Below, piece after piece: positions 29,090 through 38,789 of a DNA stretch of 64,000 bases (its first letter is position 1; each line of letters starts with the position of its first letter). The stretch covers positions 12,869 through 76,868 of IMG/VR virus record IMGVR_UViG_3300025137_000027; one strand, written 5' to 3'. Source of the DNA: a virus. The translations under genes were made by a program, and so were the position numbers. The notes under the pieces were generated by a model, which saw nothing but the letters and a program-made list of their open reading frames with translations, made no database searches and was not told the origin of the DNA.

Positions 29090-29775
29090 TATTTTATTGT
29101 ATCAGGGTAAATTTTATTCCAATTTAATTCTAAGAACTGACCTGCTAAGGTAGGAATGCGGCACCCAGCGTCAGTATTAATTCCGGTTCGGAAATCAACC
29201 ATTAGTTTATCTTCTTCACGGACTATGCGTCCTACCCCATCCATAATAGAACAGAGGTGAGTCTTGAGTTTACCTGTAAGGTTAATCTTCTGTACTTCTA
29301 CACCCTCGTCATCGTGCCCATCTTTCTGGTGCCCGACAATAATGATGTGCTTTGAAGCACGTGCAAACTGCTCGACTATTGCAATAACTTGACTGCGCAT
29401 TAGTGACCAGCCCTTACCGTGAGGGATGTCGCCAATGTGCTTTACATTGTTAGAGTTGCATATAGCCTCGCCTACCCACTGCTCGATATGATCAATGGTA
29501 TCTAAGACAATAAAGTCATGCTTGCTAGGATTCTCTAGCAAATAGTCAAGAGTTTCTCTTAGCATGGGCAGTCCATCTACAACGATGCTTGTTGCACCAT
29601 CGCAGTAGGATGTGCCGCCTACTAACTCTTCTCCATAGTTGCCCTTGACTTCGGTGTCGATAATCAGGTGCGAGGGTAATTGTGCTACTGCACTTGTTTT
29701 ACCCACCTTCGGTTTTCCATACAAGAACAACCGGTGTGGCGATAATGCTGCCACCGTTACTTTAGGTTTAATCAT
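29089..29775 (-). CDS. AAA-family ATPase (AAA_24/Sak4-like)
   Basis: Walker A LYGKPKVGKT, IIDTE, IVLDTID, IIVGH. Confidence 0.8.
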   Translation of the reverse strand: MIKPKVTVAALSPHRLFLYGKPKVGKTSAVAQLPSHLIIDTEVKGNYGEELVGGTSYCDGATSIVVDGLPMLRETLDYLLENPSKHDFIVLDTIDHIEQWVGEAICNSNNVKHIGDIPHGKGWSLMRSQVIAIVEQFARASKHIIIVGHQKDGHDDEGVEVQKINLTGKLKTHLCSIMDGVGRIVREEDKLMVDFRTGINTDAGCRIPTLAGQFLELNWNKIYPDTIK

Positions 29776-30118
29776 CTAGTATTCCGTCTTCTATTTCATG
29801 ATATATAGCGCCGAGTAATGTTCGAGCGCGATCTCTAAGATACGTAATAAGCTCCTTATCTTCTACTATTATGTCAGCAGAACTAGCAGTGTATTCCTCT
29901 GCAGGAGAAGCAGTTACGTAGTTTTTGCCAATGAATTTATAGATTCTATACTTACCTAAAAGTACGAATTGAGTAGGAGGAGCATACGTGCTTTTACCCA
30001 AGCTGTCATTGTCATACTTTGAGATAAGTATGCTACCTACATCAAAGCTTTTAGAGACCGTAGGGGTTGTCTCTACGTGCTGCCGTATCTCCACTGTCCC
30101 AGTCTTCAAAGATTCCAT
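29768..30118 (-). CDS. Hypothetical protein
   Basis: 116-aa ORF in the replication operon. Confidence 0.55.
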   Translation of the reverse strand: MESLKTGTVEIRQHVETTPTVSKSFDVGSILISKYDNDSLGKSTYAPPTQFVLLGKYRIYKFIGKNYVTASPAEEYTASSADIIVEDKELITYLRDRARTLLGAIYHEIEDGILDD

Positions 30119-31031
30119 GTCTTAAATTATTTTTAAGTAGCGTAATGCCTGCCTGACCGTGTCGGTTCTTAAGGCAATGCAATGCTACTAGATTTCTAGT
30201 CGGTAAGTTTTTCCTACCGTACGCTTCTAGCCCTAGTAACGAAGGCTGATGGATTACCATGACAATATCAGCAGCGTGGTACAGCTGCTTACTGCCGTGG
30301 ATGTCAGTCTTCAAGGGGTAGTGTAGATTGGGAGAATCAGGATCGCGTCTCTTCTCACCTTCTATCTTGTCATTGAGTTGAGAGAGTAAGAGAACCATAG
30401 CGCCAAAGCGTTTACGGATTTCGATACTAATCTTACCTAGTTCAGCGAGTGTTTGAATCTCGTTCTCTCCAGGCATAGGATTTACAAGCAGAGTGTGGTC
30501 AAGGCATATAACATAATGACAATCGCCATGTTGTTTAATGAACTCTTGCACAGTACGAGCAATCTGTACCCTGTTACCAGGTGTTTCTATAAAATAAATA
30601 GAAGGCTCGTCAATCTGTTTGAGCTTATCCTCAATCATCACCCGCTCAGTATCATTAAGAGCAGTCGTAGCGTGAAGCATCCTATCTAGGGGTACTTCAG
30701 CTAATGATGAAAGTCTACGCATCAGTTCCATTTCTGCAGACATCTCGAAAGAAAAGTGCAGAATCTTTACTGGCTTGTCAAACTTATTGTAAGCAGTTGA
30801 AGTAAAGTCACGGAGTAAGTTGTTTAAAAACATACTCTTACCATGACCTGACGCACCCGCTACTACATATACCATCCCAAACTGCATGCCACCCAGCAGC
30901 ATCTTGTTGACTTTCTCCCAGCGTGTTTTCATCACAGGGATTTTGCCATCCATATAGTTGTGAATCGTAGTCTGAGTAGATTCTACGACTGATGCCATTG
31001 GGCGTACTAGAAGTTCAGAGAATTCGGTCAT
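30051..31031 (-). CDS. dnaB: DnaB-like replicative helicase (C-terminal ATPase domain only)
   Basis: AGASGHGKS, FSFEMS, LDH, LLSQLN and KNRHG motifs. Confidence 0.9.
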   Translation of the reverse strand: MTEFSELLVRPMASVVESTQTTIHNYMDGKIPVMKTRWEKVNKMLLGGMQFGMVYVVAGASGHGKSMFLNNLLRDFTSTAYNKFDKPVKILHFSFEMSAEMELMRRLSSLAEVPLDRMLHATTALNDTERVMIEDKLKQIDEPSIYFIETPGNRVQIARTVQEFIKQHGDCHYVICLDHTLLVNPMPGENEIQTLAELGKISIEIRKRFGAMVLLLSQLNDKIEGEKRRDPDSPNLHYPLKTDIHGSKQLYHAADIVMVIHQPSLLGLEAYGRKNLPTRNLVALHCLKNRHGQAGITLLKNNLRHGIFEDWDSGDTAARRDNPYGL

Positions 31032-31572
31032 GCGGTAAGTCTTCTGTAGGGGTTTCTTTCATCATCTCCCAAAGGTCGACGAAAGTTTCTGCTTGTAACC
31101 ACTTGTCTATACGTGTGCTAATCAACTTCCTGTCTTTGGCAAACTGCAAAGCTGCCATTACTTTCTTGTGATCGTGCACGCTACCAACGTGTTTATGGTA
31201 CCACTTTACCATTTCCTCCTTGTTGACAGCTTTAAGAGTAATCTTTTTGCCATCGATAGTACTGTAAGGAGGATAGCTCTTCCAAAACTCATCGCCATCT
31301 GTGGTTGAGACAGAATAAAAGGCTTTGCTAAACTCTTCCGTTACTTCATAGTACTCTGCGTACTTTGAATTTGCAGAAGGGTTTGTATCAACTACTAAGC
31401 CTTTGGTTACGAGGTCGTCTAGATACTCTTTAGGAAATATCTGTCCTTCCTCTCCAATTTTGTAAAGCAGATCGTGTCGTCTTTCATATATGATTTGACA
31501 AAACAATACTTGAATAGGGCTGATGTTTAGCTTAAGCAATACATCTACGTATTTGTCAAGCGGGTACACCAT
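31015..31572 (-). CDS. Putative replication initiation/helicase-associated protein
   Basis: DEFWKSYP motif; directly upstream of DnaB. Confidence 0.45.
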   Translation of the reverse strand: MVYPLDKYVDVLLKLNISPIQVLFCQIIYERRHDLLYKIGEEGQIFPKEYLDDLVTKGLVVDTNPSANSKYAEYYEVTEEFSKAFYSVSTTDGDEFWKSYPPYSTIDGKKITLKAVNKEEMVKWYHKHVGSVHDHKKVMAALQFAKDRKLISTRIDKWLQAETFVDLWEMMKETPTEDLPHDRIL

Positions 31573-31715
31573 TGCTCTTTAAGATTGTTTGTTCAACACA
31601 TCGGGCATCCGTTAACTCTTGGGATATCTGAGTAAGGGAAGCTTCTAAATTATACTCTTCACTCAGAGATAGTTGGAACTGCCATGGTTGGTCAGCCCAC
31701 TCCCTCTTACCAGAC

Positions 31716-32954
31716 TTAACCAGTAATAGGATTTCTGAGTAAAGAGTCGTTGCACTTTGTGAGTAGTTCCTCGATAGAGTGTACCCATTCGATATTCGCG
31801 GACTTACTTTGCCGCTTCTTAAGCCATTTTTCATCCTGTGTATCTTTCAGATATAGGTTAATAATAACTCCGGTCTTATTCTCCTGAAACCTAATGGCTC
31901 GACCTGTACGTTGTAGGTCTTGCCTGGGTGTCGAAGTCCCGGAACAAACTATTGCCAACTCTATGCCTTCTACATCAAATCCCTCGTCCAATGCGCGTGC
32001 TGTATGAATCACACGGATATCGGTACGTCTGTCTGCAAAAGAATCTAGTACGTTTTGACGGGCGTACTTAGACATTTTTGAATGGTACGCAGCGCCCCAT
32101 GGCTGCGTCTCTTTGTTCATTTGTATAGCGAAGTCAACACTCTCGCTAAAAGTGATAGTAGGTACGTCAAAGATCTCAATGAGTTTCTTTGCTGCAGTCT
32201 GCTTAGTAGCACTCTTGTAGATGAGCTGCTTTCGCTTTTGCATTGCTCGGTTAAACGCACGGGCCTGATTCAGTACCTGTTGTTCGTCCCATCCTGCCAA
32301 GTTTCTAGTGAATACTGACAGGTATTGTCGGTCTTGCATACAGCGCATAGCTGCATGGAACCGGTTGTTAAAGATAGCAAATGCTTTGTAATAAGCATCC
32401 GTAACTACCCCATACTCTTCAGCCTCTTTCTCGCCCATGCGTAGACCAAGGTTAAAGACTTGAAACTGTGATACATAGTTGTTACGCACAGCTTCCCGAA
32501 GAGAGATAGTATCTATGACTGGAGCTGCACTAGATATGATATGAAACCTAGGGTCTTCATGATCTAGTGTAGCAGTCAAGCCAAGGATATACCGATAGTC
32601 GGTACAGCCAAAGATACCTCTAAATACATCAGACATGTAGTTATGTATCTCGTCAAGTATCAACAAGTCACACTCAGTTTGTATTTTAACTGCACTGTTT
32701 ATGACTCTAACAGTTGTGTTAGTGATACCCATTGCTTCAATCTGCTTTTGCCATTGGTCTCGCAGATTCTGAGTGGGTACAATAACAAGTGCAGTTCCTG
32801 TAGGTAACCGCATGTTAAGGTCTTGAATGATAAGCAGAGCAACGTAAGTCTTACCGAAGCCTGTTACAGCCTCGAGAGTACCACGTCGCCCTGCTTTAGT
32901 CCATTTGTCTATGACCTGCTGCTGTCGTTTGAGTCGCCGCTGGTCAATCTTCAT
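31716..32954 (-). CDS. Superfamily 2 DExH helicase (ResIII/UvsW-like)
   Basis: AVTGFGKT, LILDEIH, GLTAT, LDEGFDV and QRTGRAIR motifs. Confidence 0.9.
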   Translation of the reverse strand: MKIDQRRLKRQQQVIDKWTKAGRRGTLEAVTGFGKTYVALLIIQDLNMRLPTGTALVIVPTQNLRDQWQKQIEAMGITNTTVRVINSAVKIQTECDLLILDEIHNYMSDVFRGIFGCTDYRYILGLTATLDHEDPRFHIISSAAPVIDTISLREAVRNNYVSQFQVFNLGLRMGEKEAEEYGVVTDAYYKAFAIFNNRFHAAMRCMQDRQYLSVFTRNLAGWDEQQVLNQARAFNRAMQKRKQLIYKSATKQTAAKKLIEIFDVPTITFSESVDFAIQMNKETQPWGAAYHSKMSKYARQNVLDSFADRRTDIRVIHTARALDEGFDVEGIELAIVCSGTSTPRQDLQRTGRAIRFQENKTGVIINLYLKDTQDEKWLKKRQSKSANIEWVHSIEELLTKCNDSLLRNPITG

Positions 32955-33423
32955 AAGCCATAGAGGTATTCATTCGCTCTTCACTTACATAATCCCATGA
33001 CTCGCCCCACATTTTACCGTGTGGCAGCTCGATAAAAGCATGAGCATAGCCGCCATCATTGACTTCGCACACAGAGAAACGCTCATAAATAAACTGACCT
33101 AGTGTGTAGTCGTTCCCTTCCTCGATGCTAACTGTGTATTCGCGCTCTGTGTTGTTTCCATTAAAGTCTATTCCCGTGCGTTTCTGAGTATAGTAATACC
33201 TAGAAGGGTCTCTTTCTCCAATCAGATACGATGGAGGAGCGCACCCATTTACTTTGCAGAACTTTATACCTTCAGGAGTTAAGAAGTGTATTTCTTCTAT
33301 ACCTCCGCTATCTCCGCACCCTTGCCAATGAATATGTACGCCGGGGAAATCACGAGGGCTGACGGAGTGCGTCTTGTATAAGTCCTCCAATGTGTCGAGG
33401 ATCTTTCTTGGAATCCGTTCCAT
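32944..33423 (-). CDS. DUF6878-like protein
   Basis: WQGCGDSGGIEEI and NDGG motifs; adjacent to a DUF6915-like gene. Confidence 0.55.
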   Translation of the reverse strand: MERIPRKILDTLEDLYKTHSVSPRDFPGVHIHWQGCGDSGGIEEIHFLTPEGIKFCKVNGCAPPSYLIGERDPSRYYYTQKRTGIDFNGNNTEREYTVSIEEGNDYTLGQFIYERFSVCEVNDGGYAHAFIELPHGKMWGESWDYVSEERMNTSMAYED

Positions 33424-33760
33424 GGTCTTCTAATTTTAATTTACGACCGGTCATCCAGAACTCTTTTGGGAGATCCTTTAACCAGTCTTGTACTGATGGG
33501 ACAAAGCCCAAGTCTTCTACGATATGCGTCTCGGCAATGGTCCTAACAGGTACCTCTATGCCGTCGCTATTCATTATTGTTTTCCCGAATTTCTCTTCGC
33601 AAGCAAATACGCCAAAGCTATGATGACGCAAAGCACGATGTCGATGGTCACTAAAAGCAATCTTAGAGCCATCAATCCACTCATGTATAGCCATATAGTC
33701 TTCTGGAATACCACGAAAGCGACGAGTAGTACTAACAGCGTGATGATAAGCATGTGCCAT
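33350..33760 (-). CDS. DUF6915-like His-rich protein
   Basis: MAHAYHHAVS...PEDYMAIHEWIDGSK...RHRALRHHSFG...VPVRTIAETHIVEDLG.VPSVQDWL. Confidence 0.7.
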   Translation of the reverse strand: MAHAYHHAVSTTRRFRGIPEDYMAIHEWIDGSKIAFSDHRHRALRHHSFGVFACEEKFGKTIMNSDGIEVPVRTIAETHIVEDLGFVPSVQDWLKDLPKEFWMTGRKLKLEDHGTDSKKDPRHIGGLIQDALRQPS

Positions 33761-33999
33761 TATAAATCAATTATTATTTCTCTTACATCTATATCTCGTT
33801 CTTTAGCAGACTTGAGAAGGTCTTTAAAACTAGACCGAAAGAGAAGGGTTTGTTGGCTGTCAATGTCTTCAAGAACATAGGCAGATAACTCTCGGTACAA
33901 ACGATACTTACCCGTACGAGGGGCTTGGAAGATATCCTTGCATATAGCTTGAATATCTTCCAAAACCTCTATGTACAGGCGTTGTTGCCGAATGTCCAT
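33760..33999 (-). CDS. Hypothetical protein
   Basis: 79-aa ORF with coupled start and stop. Confidence 0.6.
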   Translation of the reverse strand: MDIRQQRLYIEVLEDIQAICKDIFQAPRTGKYRLYRELSAYVLEDIDSQQTLLFRSSFKDLLKSAKERDIDVREIIIDL

Positions 34000-34760
34000 T
34001 AGTTTAATGCTGCTTCACTGAAAAACTCGGTGATTTTAGCATGTGTTTTAACAGTCTCGTGAGCTGAAGAACGTTTAGCTGCTTCAGTACAGTTATTGTA
34101 CAGCTTCCAAACGGTGTCATTCATAAGTTTGCCCTCTTCTGTTTGCTCGAAAGCCCACAACTCAGAGTCATAGATCTCTTTCTTTAGGTCGCTAAGCATA
34201 CGTGGTGAAAGAACACCGTCGAAGTACATGCGTCCAGCTAATTGAGCGGCACGTTCTGGGCTAATTATTACATTCTCTGCCTTAGTCCTGAAGTCTACCA
34301 ACTTTGTAAAGTTCCTATGCATCTGGTCTACTTGGGTATCTACAGAAGTATAAATGTCATCCCAGATATTGCTATGATGGCGTCGTGTAAACGTGTTTTC
34401 ATCTCCAATAAACATACCGTTAGAGCATGCCATAACTACAGCTCCTGATGCAAAGGATACCTTGCGCATCTTGTTGTAGCTATTCATAAAAGCAAATACT
34501 CGGTTCATCCCGGGTGTTTCAGGACTATTGATATGAAGCTTACAAAGCATTACTTGTCCTTTTAAAGAGGACTCAAATTCTTCATTGACAATGGTCAAGC
34601 CGTGCTGACGTATTCTTTCAGTCACCGTGTTATACAGCTCCTCGTTTGCTACGGGACCGTACGTTCTTGTCGCCATCGGTACGGCTTGTTGAAATAGCCC
34701 TCTTTTGTTTTGCTGTGCTCGGAGTTGACGCACTTGCGATTGTTCTGTTACTAGGTTCAT
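33999..34760 (-). CDS. DUF932/DUF945-like protein
   Basis: NSYNK...G...ACSNGMF...RRHH and VWKLYNNCTE motifs. Confidence 0.7.
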   Translation of the reverse strand: MNLVTEQSQVRQLRAQQNKRGLFQQAVPMATRTYGPVANEELYNTVTERIRQHGLTIVNEEFESSLKGQVMLCKLHINSPETPGMNRVFAFMNSYNKMRKVSFASGAVVMACSNGMFIGDENTFTRRHHSNIWDDIYTSVDTQVDQMHRNFTKLVDFRTKAENVIISPERAAQLAGRMYFDGVLSPRMLSDLKKEIYDSELWAFEQTEEGKLMNDTVWKLYNNCTEAAKRSSAHETVKTHAKITEFFSEAALN

Positions 34761-34953
34761 TCTTAAGGATATTAAGGGTTTCTGTTACTCTTCTAATTTC
34801 GGCTAAAAGCATATCGTGCTTCTCGCTACTAATATCTGGATCATGTAAGGAAAATGTAATTAGACGATCTAAATAGTCTAACCAATATAACCTTCTATGA
34901 TGCAAAGGGAGATGCTCGTATCGTGCGAACGAGGTATCATCGTATACTTTCAT
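34630..34953 (-). CDS. Hypothetical protein
   Basis: ORF starting at an ATGA overlap with the polA stop; the C-terminus overlaps the next gene. Confidence 0.45.
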   Translation of the reverse strand: MKVYDDTSFARYEHLPLHHRRLYWLDYLDRLITFSLHDPDISSEKHDMLLAEIRRVTETLNILKNEPSNRTIASASTPSTAKQKRAISTSRTDGDKNVRSRSKRGAV

Positions 34954-36830
34954 TTGCTCCATTTATCTGTAATCTCGACCTCTGCTTTGAGTAGGTCGTT
35001 TCCCATGATGTGTTCTGCGGCTTCTTCCATAAGTTCTTTAAGTTTAGCAGCCCACTCCTCGGCATAATCGCGCGGACATGTCGTATCGATCTGATCGTGT
35101 ACGGTCATGACGAGTTCTACGGGTATATTATTGTTCTTGATATAGTCATAGCATAGCACCAGAGCGTGTTTGGTCATGTCAGCAGCAGTACCCTGAATAG
35201 GTGTATTCTTACTGACACGCTCGATGCGTCCTTTAGTAGCCATGTCCATACCTCGCGGCATCCAGTCATCAAACCATCGGGTACGTCCCCATGGTGCAAA
35301 TGTCTTGATGAATCCTTGCTTGACACCAGCTCTAGACATACCCTCCAAGAAGTCTTTAATCTTGGGGAATGCTTTGAAGTAGTTCTCAATCAAGGTAGAA
35401 GCCTCAGACATGGAAATCTCCATAGTCTCTGATAGCTTCTTAGGCCCCATACCGTAGGCGAGTCCAAAGTTGATACTCTTAACTGCGGTACGTAGCTTCT
35501 TATGTTCGGGACAGCTGCACTTCTCAAAGCCCTGTTCAAATACACACGAGTCTTCAGCGGCATCCTTCCATCGTTCCCCGAACACAAGTGCTGCGCAGAC
35601 GCTATGCAAATCGTGTCCATTGCGGAGGGCGTGATTGAAGACCGGGTCTTTAGATCCGTGAGCTATGATACAAAGCTCTTGTGAAGAGTAGTCAGCTGAT
35701 ACAAATACATGGTCGGGCTTAGTGATGAAACAATTACGATAGCTGTTATCAGCAGGTATCTGTTGCATGTTAGGCTCTTTGCAAGACACACGGCCCGTCC
35801 GTTTAATCTGAACGAAACGCGGGTGAATCTTACCGTCATCATATACATGAGCCATGAACGCTTCACCAAAGGAAGAAACCTTCTTACTCATCTCTCGATA
35901 CTTACGTAGTAGCTTACCGAGATCATGCATAGAAGCAATCTTAAATGTATCACGTTCTGACGTACCCATGATACTATTATCTATGCATTGGAATACACGT
36001 AGAGTCTGCATAGGGCTATCCCAATTGAGACGAGTGCCCATAACCTCAGAGTCAGCAAGAAACATATCAAGCTGAGAGGCAGGGGTACGCACAGATTGGA
36101 ACGTGTCGTCTGTGTCGATGATAGTGTTAAGGTCTGATATGCATTGGACTGATTGTTGAGCGAGTGCATCAACCATATTCATCCAAGGCTTTTTGTCAAG
36201 AGTGAGGCCGTTGTATTCTATGGTGAGGAAAGCAAGGCATGCTTGACACTCGAGACGAGCGATATGCATGAGCTTGTTTTTCTTGAGTGCTGAAATCTGA
36301 GCGAGCATTACAGGTTTGAGGTACTTGACATCATCGGCAGCATAACGTAGCTGTCGTTCAGTAAGTTTAAGACCTGCGCTGAATGTGGTACGAACGGATT
36401 TATCTAAGCGAACCTGACAATACCGTTGCACTACAGAGTCTAGACCAGCACGTAGGTTAGTACCACTGACGAGTATCTGCTCACATAGCATAGTGTCGTA
36501 GATAGGTACATCAATCTGATAGCCATGGTACATTAGAAACTTGAGGTCAAACTTGATGTTATGACCAACCATCATCTCGCATGTATTGAGTGTCTCAAAC
36601 ATACTAGTGAGGTCTTCTTTGTTATAGATGAAGACCCATTGGTCATTGGTATCATGAGCGATTTGTATCGAGAGGATACGGTCGCCCATAAAGTTGAACC
36701 CTGTTGTTTCTATGTCTACGAATAGGTATACATGGTCCCTGAGAGCTGCTAGTGCAGCATCCCAGGGCATGTATTCATATCCGTCTGTGCATTCTGATTC
36801 CTGTGGGCTAGTGGTGACGAGGTATATCAT
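34950..36830 (-). CDS. polA: Family A DNA polymerase with 3'-5' exonuclease domain
   Basis: FVDIETTG, GHNIKFD, YAADDV exonuclease motifs; TGRVS, ADYSSQEL, KSINFGLAYG, NTPIQG, VHDQ polymerase motifs; probable start MIYLVTT at 36830. Confidence 0.95.
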   Translation of the reverse strand: MIYLVTTSPQESECTDGYEYMPWDAALAALRDHVYLFVDIETTGFNFMGDRILSIQIAHDTNDQWVFIYNKEDLTSMFETLNTCEMMVGHNIKFDLKFLMYHGYQIDVPIYDTMLCEQILVSGTNLRAGLDSVVQRYCQVRLDKSVRTTFSAGLKLTERQLRYAADDVKYLKPVMLAQISALKKNKLMHIARLECQACLAFLTIEYNGLTLDKKPWMNMVDALAQQSVQCISDLNTIIDTDDTFQSVRTPASQLDMFLADSEVMGTRLNWDSPMQTLRVFQCIDNSIMGTSERDTFKIASMHDLGKLLRKYREMSKKVSSFGEAFMAHVYDDGKIHPRFVQIKRTGRVSCKEPNMQQIPADNSYRNCFITKPDHVFVSADYSSQELCIIAHGSKDPVFNHALRNGHDLHSVCAALVFGERWKDAAEDSCVFEQGFEKCSCPEHKKLRTAVKSINFGLAYGMGPKKLSETMEISMSEASTLIENYFKAFPKIKDFLEGMSRAGVKQGFIKTFAPWGRTRWFDDWMPRGMDMATKGRIERVSKNTPIQGTAADMTKHALVLCYDYIKNNNIPVELVMTVHDQIDTTCPRDYAEEWAAKLKELMEEAAEHIMGNDLLKAEVEITDKWSK

Positions 36831-37548
36831 TGACGTTGAGCTTAGAGCTACGCAAGCCTTTGTTATACCAGTATAGCATATGACGTGCCCAATTACCGGT
36901 ACCTGATTGCTGTAGTATAGACTCAAAGTTACGTTCTAATGCGTAGAATAATCTCTCCGCATCGAAGTTATGGTCACGCTGAAGCCACATAATACCTATT
37001 AGTACAGACTTCTGGCAAAACATATCTCGGATTTTAGATAATGCATGGATCTTATCTAAGATGTACTTTTTCTCATCGGTCAGTTCGAATTTAAACTCTC
37101 CGTTCCTGATGACTACTGTATGAGTACTAGCTGCCGAATTCTTATGAAGGAAGCTTGCAAGAGCCGATAACTTAAGAGGCTTATAAGCTTCTGCGTATGC
37201 CTGTAAATTGGCATAATTTTCATTACCACTTTCAGCATAGTAATGAATCCAGTCTTGAATTCTCCATTGCCGTTGATTAGCATTTATCTCAGGCACGATA
37301 TGAAATGGTATATCACGCTTGATGTACTTAACCTGTACTGGTGTATCAGCAGTCTGGTTGATTGCTCGGATTGCTTCAAGTCTATGCTGACCGTCGGCTA
37401 CCGTCATATCTTTATTGACAATGATAGGCATGAGCTGCCCATGCTCTTTGAGGGATTCGACAAGCAGTTTAACAAAACTTTGAATTACTAGTCGGTTACG
37501 TGGATCAAATTGGAACTGGTCCAAGTTGGTAGTCGTTTGAATTTTCAT
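36808..37548 (-). CDS. ParB/Sulfiredoxin-like N-terminal domain protein
   Basis: NR...PIIVN...ADGQHRLEA motif. Confidence 0.7.
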   Translation of the reverse strand: MKIQTTTNLDQFQFDPRNRLVIQSFVKLLVESLKEHGQLMPIIVNKDMTVADGQHRLEAIRAINQTADTPVQVKYIKRDIPFHIVPEINANQRQWRIQDWIHYYAESGNENYANLQAYAEAYKPLKLSALASFLHKNSAASTHTVVIRNGEFKFELTDEKKYILDKIHALSKIRDMFCQKSVLIGIMWLQRDHNFDAERLFYALERNFESILQQSGTGNWARHMLYWYNKGLRSSKLNVNDIPRHH

Positions 37549-37550
37549 GT

Positions 37551-37871
37551 TTAAGAAGTTAAGGAAATAGTCTCGTTGTCTTGATGCAGCTTGAGCTTAC
37601 CGAGGTCAGCTTGTATCTGCATATCTACTAACTCTCCTAAGCTGCAAGCCTCACGGGTAGCAAGTTCTTTGTGAAGAGTTTTTGTCACGATACCTAAAGT
37701 GTCGCCTACCTCAAGCATCTTATTGAGCTTGTGGTTGTGCTTGGCTTTACGCATTAACATGTCGTGAAGAGCGGTCATGAGTTCCACGGCATTCATACTA
37801 GATATGTCGTGTTGCTTGCCGTCACGTGTTTGGTATACGGCATTCGGTGTTTCTGTAGGTACTAGGGTCAT
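37551..37871 (-). CDS. Hypothetical protein
   Basis: 106-aa ORF. Confidence 0.6.
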   Translation of the reverse strand: MTLVPTETPNAVYQTRDGKQHDISSMNAVELMTALHDMLMRKAKHNHKLNKMLEVGDTLGIVTKTLHKELATREACSLGELVDMQIQADLGKLKLHQDNETISLTS

Positions 37872-37885
37872 GATGAAAAGGGGTT

Positions 37886-37915
37886 AAAAAGGAGAGAAGC
37901 ACATGGCTTCCCTCC
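37886..37915 (-). terminator. Rho-independent terminator
   Basis: Minus strand GGAGGGAAGC-CATGT-GCTTCTCTCC-TTTTT. Confidence 0.7.
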
Positions 37916-37922
37916 TGTAAGA

Positions 37923-38432
37923 TTAATGGTTCGCTACTATCCCGCGTGCAGTAGATACTACTTCGTTAGCACCAGGGTTAGAGTAAGTCATATCTCCGTT
38001 CATAGGTACACGTGTAGCATCGGCTACTAGTGTGCGTCCGCTTCGGTCAAAGGCAGCTTTGATTGCCATATTGAACTCAGCCGAATTTGGATTACCTTGC
38101 ACAAAGCAAGTAGCATTGTTGCGAACTTCTCCGTTGATTTCATACGGAATAACTTCACGACGTACGATCTGACCTTCTACTACCATGCCAGGAGCGGCAT
38201 TCCATAGATAGTCAGAGACAGCAGACGAGTCGTCTTCGTCATAGAGATAGGGTACCTTGTAGCCAATGGTACGCACTGTCTTGCCTGGAGACAAGACTTG
38301 ATGGATTTCTCCTGTTGATGGATTGGTCCAACTTCCTTCTGTGGCAGTAGTGCCGAGTGTGACGCGTTTGTATTCGCGTCCGTTCTTGTCGCTACAAACT
38401 TCAGTAGCAACTACTTCAATCATGTTACTCAT
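37923..38432 (-). CDS. Hypothetical protein
   Basis: 169-aa ORF followed by a terminator. Confidence 0.65.
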   Translation of the reverse strand: MSNMIEVVATEVCSDKNGREYKRVTLGTTATEGSWTNPSTGEIHQVLSPGKTVRTIGYKVPYLYDEDDSSAVSDYLWNAAPGMVVEGQIVRREVIPYEINGEVRNNATCFVQGNPNSAEFNMAIKAAFDRSGRTLVADATRVPMNGDMTYSNPGANEVVSTARGIVANH

Positions 38433-38480
38433 GTTGATAGGTATTAAGGGTAAATAAAATTAAATATATCGAAATCTGAT

Positions 38481-38789
38481 ATGGCACGTAACTCATTAGC
38501 TGGTAAGGGCCGCACTTATAAGAAGCGTGGCATGACTGCGAGGAGTATCGCAAAGAAGCGTAAGTATGATGCTGAGTATCAGAAGAAACGATCCGCTGTT
38601 AAGAAGCGTGTCCAAGCTAATAGAGCTAATAGACGCGCTGGTACTTATGGTAATGGTGACGGTAAGGACGCCAGCCATAAGAAAGGAGGCAAGATTGTAA
38701 TGGAGAAAGCCTCCAAGAATCGAGCACGTAATGGTATGAAGAAAGGTCGTAAGCCTTCATCACGCCGTCGCAATACAAAAAAGAAATAA
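38481..38789 (+). CDS. Very basic small protein with degenerate HNH-like motif
   Basis: Lys/Arg-rich; GDGKDASHKK...KNRARN resembles small phage HNH-like proteins; lone + strand gene in the - strand block. Confidence 0.6.
   Translation: MARNSLAGKGRTYKKRGMTARSIAKKRKYDAEYQKKRSAVKKRVQANRANRRAGTYGNGDGKDASHKKGGKIVMEKASKNRARNGMKKGRKPSSRRRNTKKK

Noticed and set aside
31556-31834. 92-aa ORF as a real gene
   Set aside because: Its start lies 118 nt inside the helicase gene, there is no good internal start and no motifs; the gap looks more like a structured non-coding element
36831-36926. N-terminal extension of PolA given by the ORF track
   Set aside because: Overlaps the ParB-like gene; the ATG at 36830 gives a typical start just before the exonuclease domain
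36808-37548. DGQHR motif suggesting a DndB/phosphorothioation system
   Set aside because: No dnd genes nearby; the motif is shared with ParB/Srx-like domains common in phages
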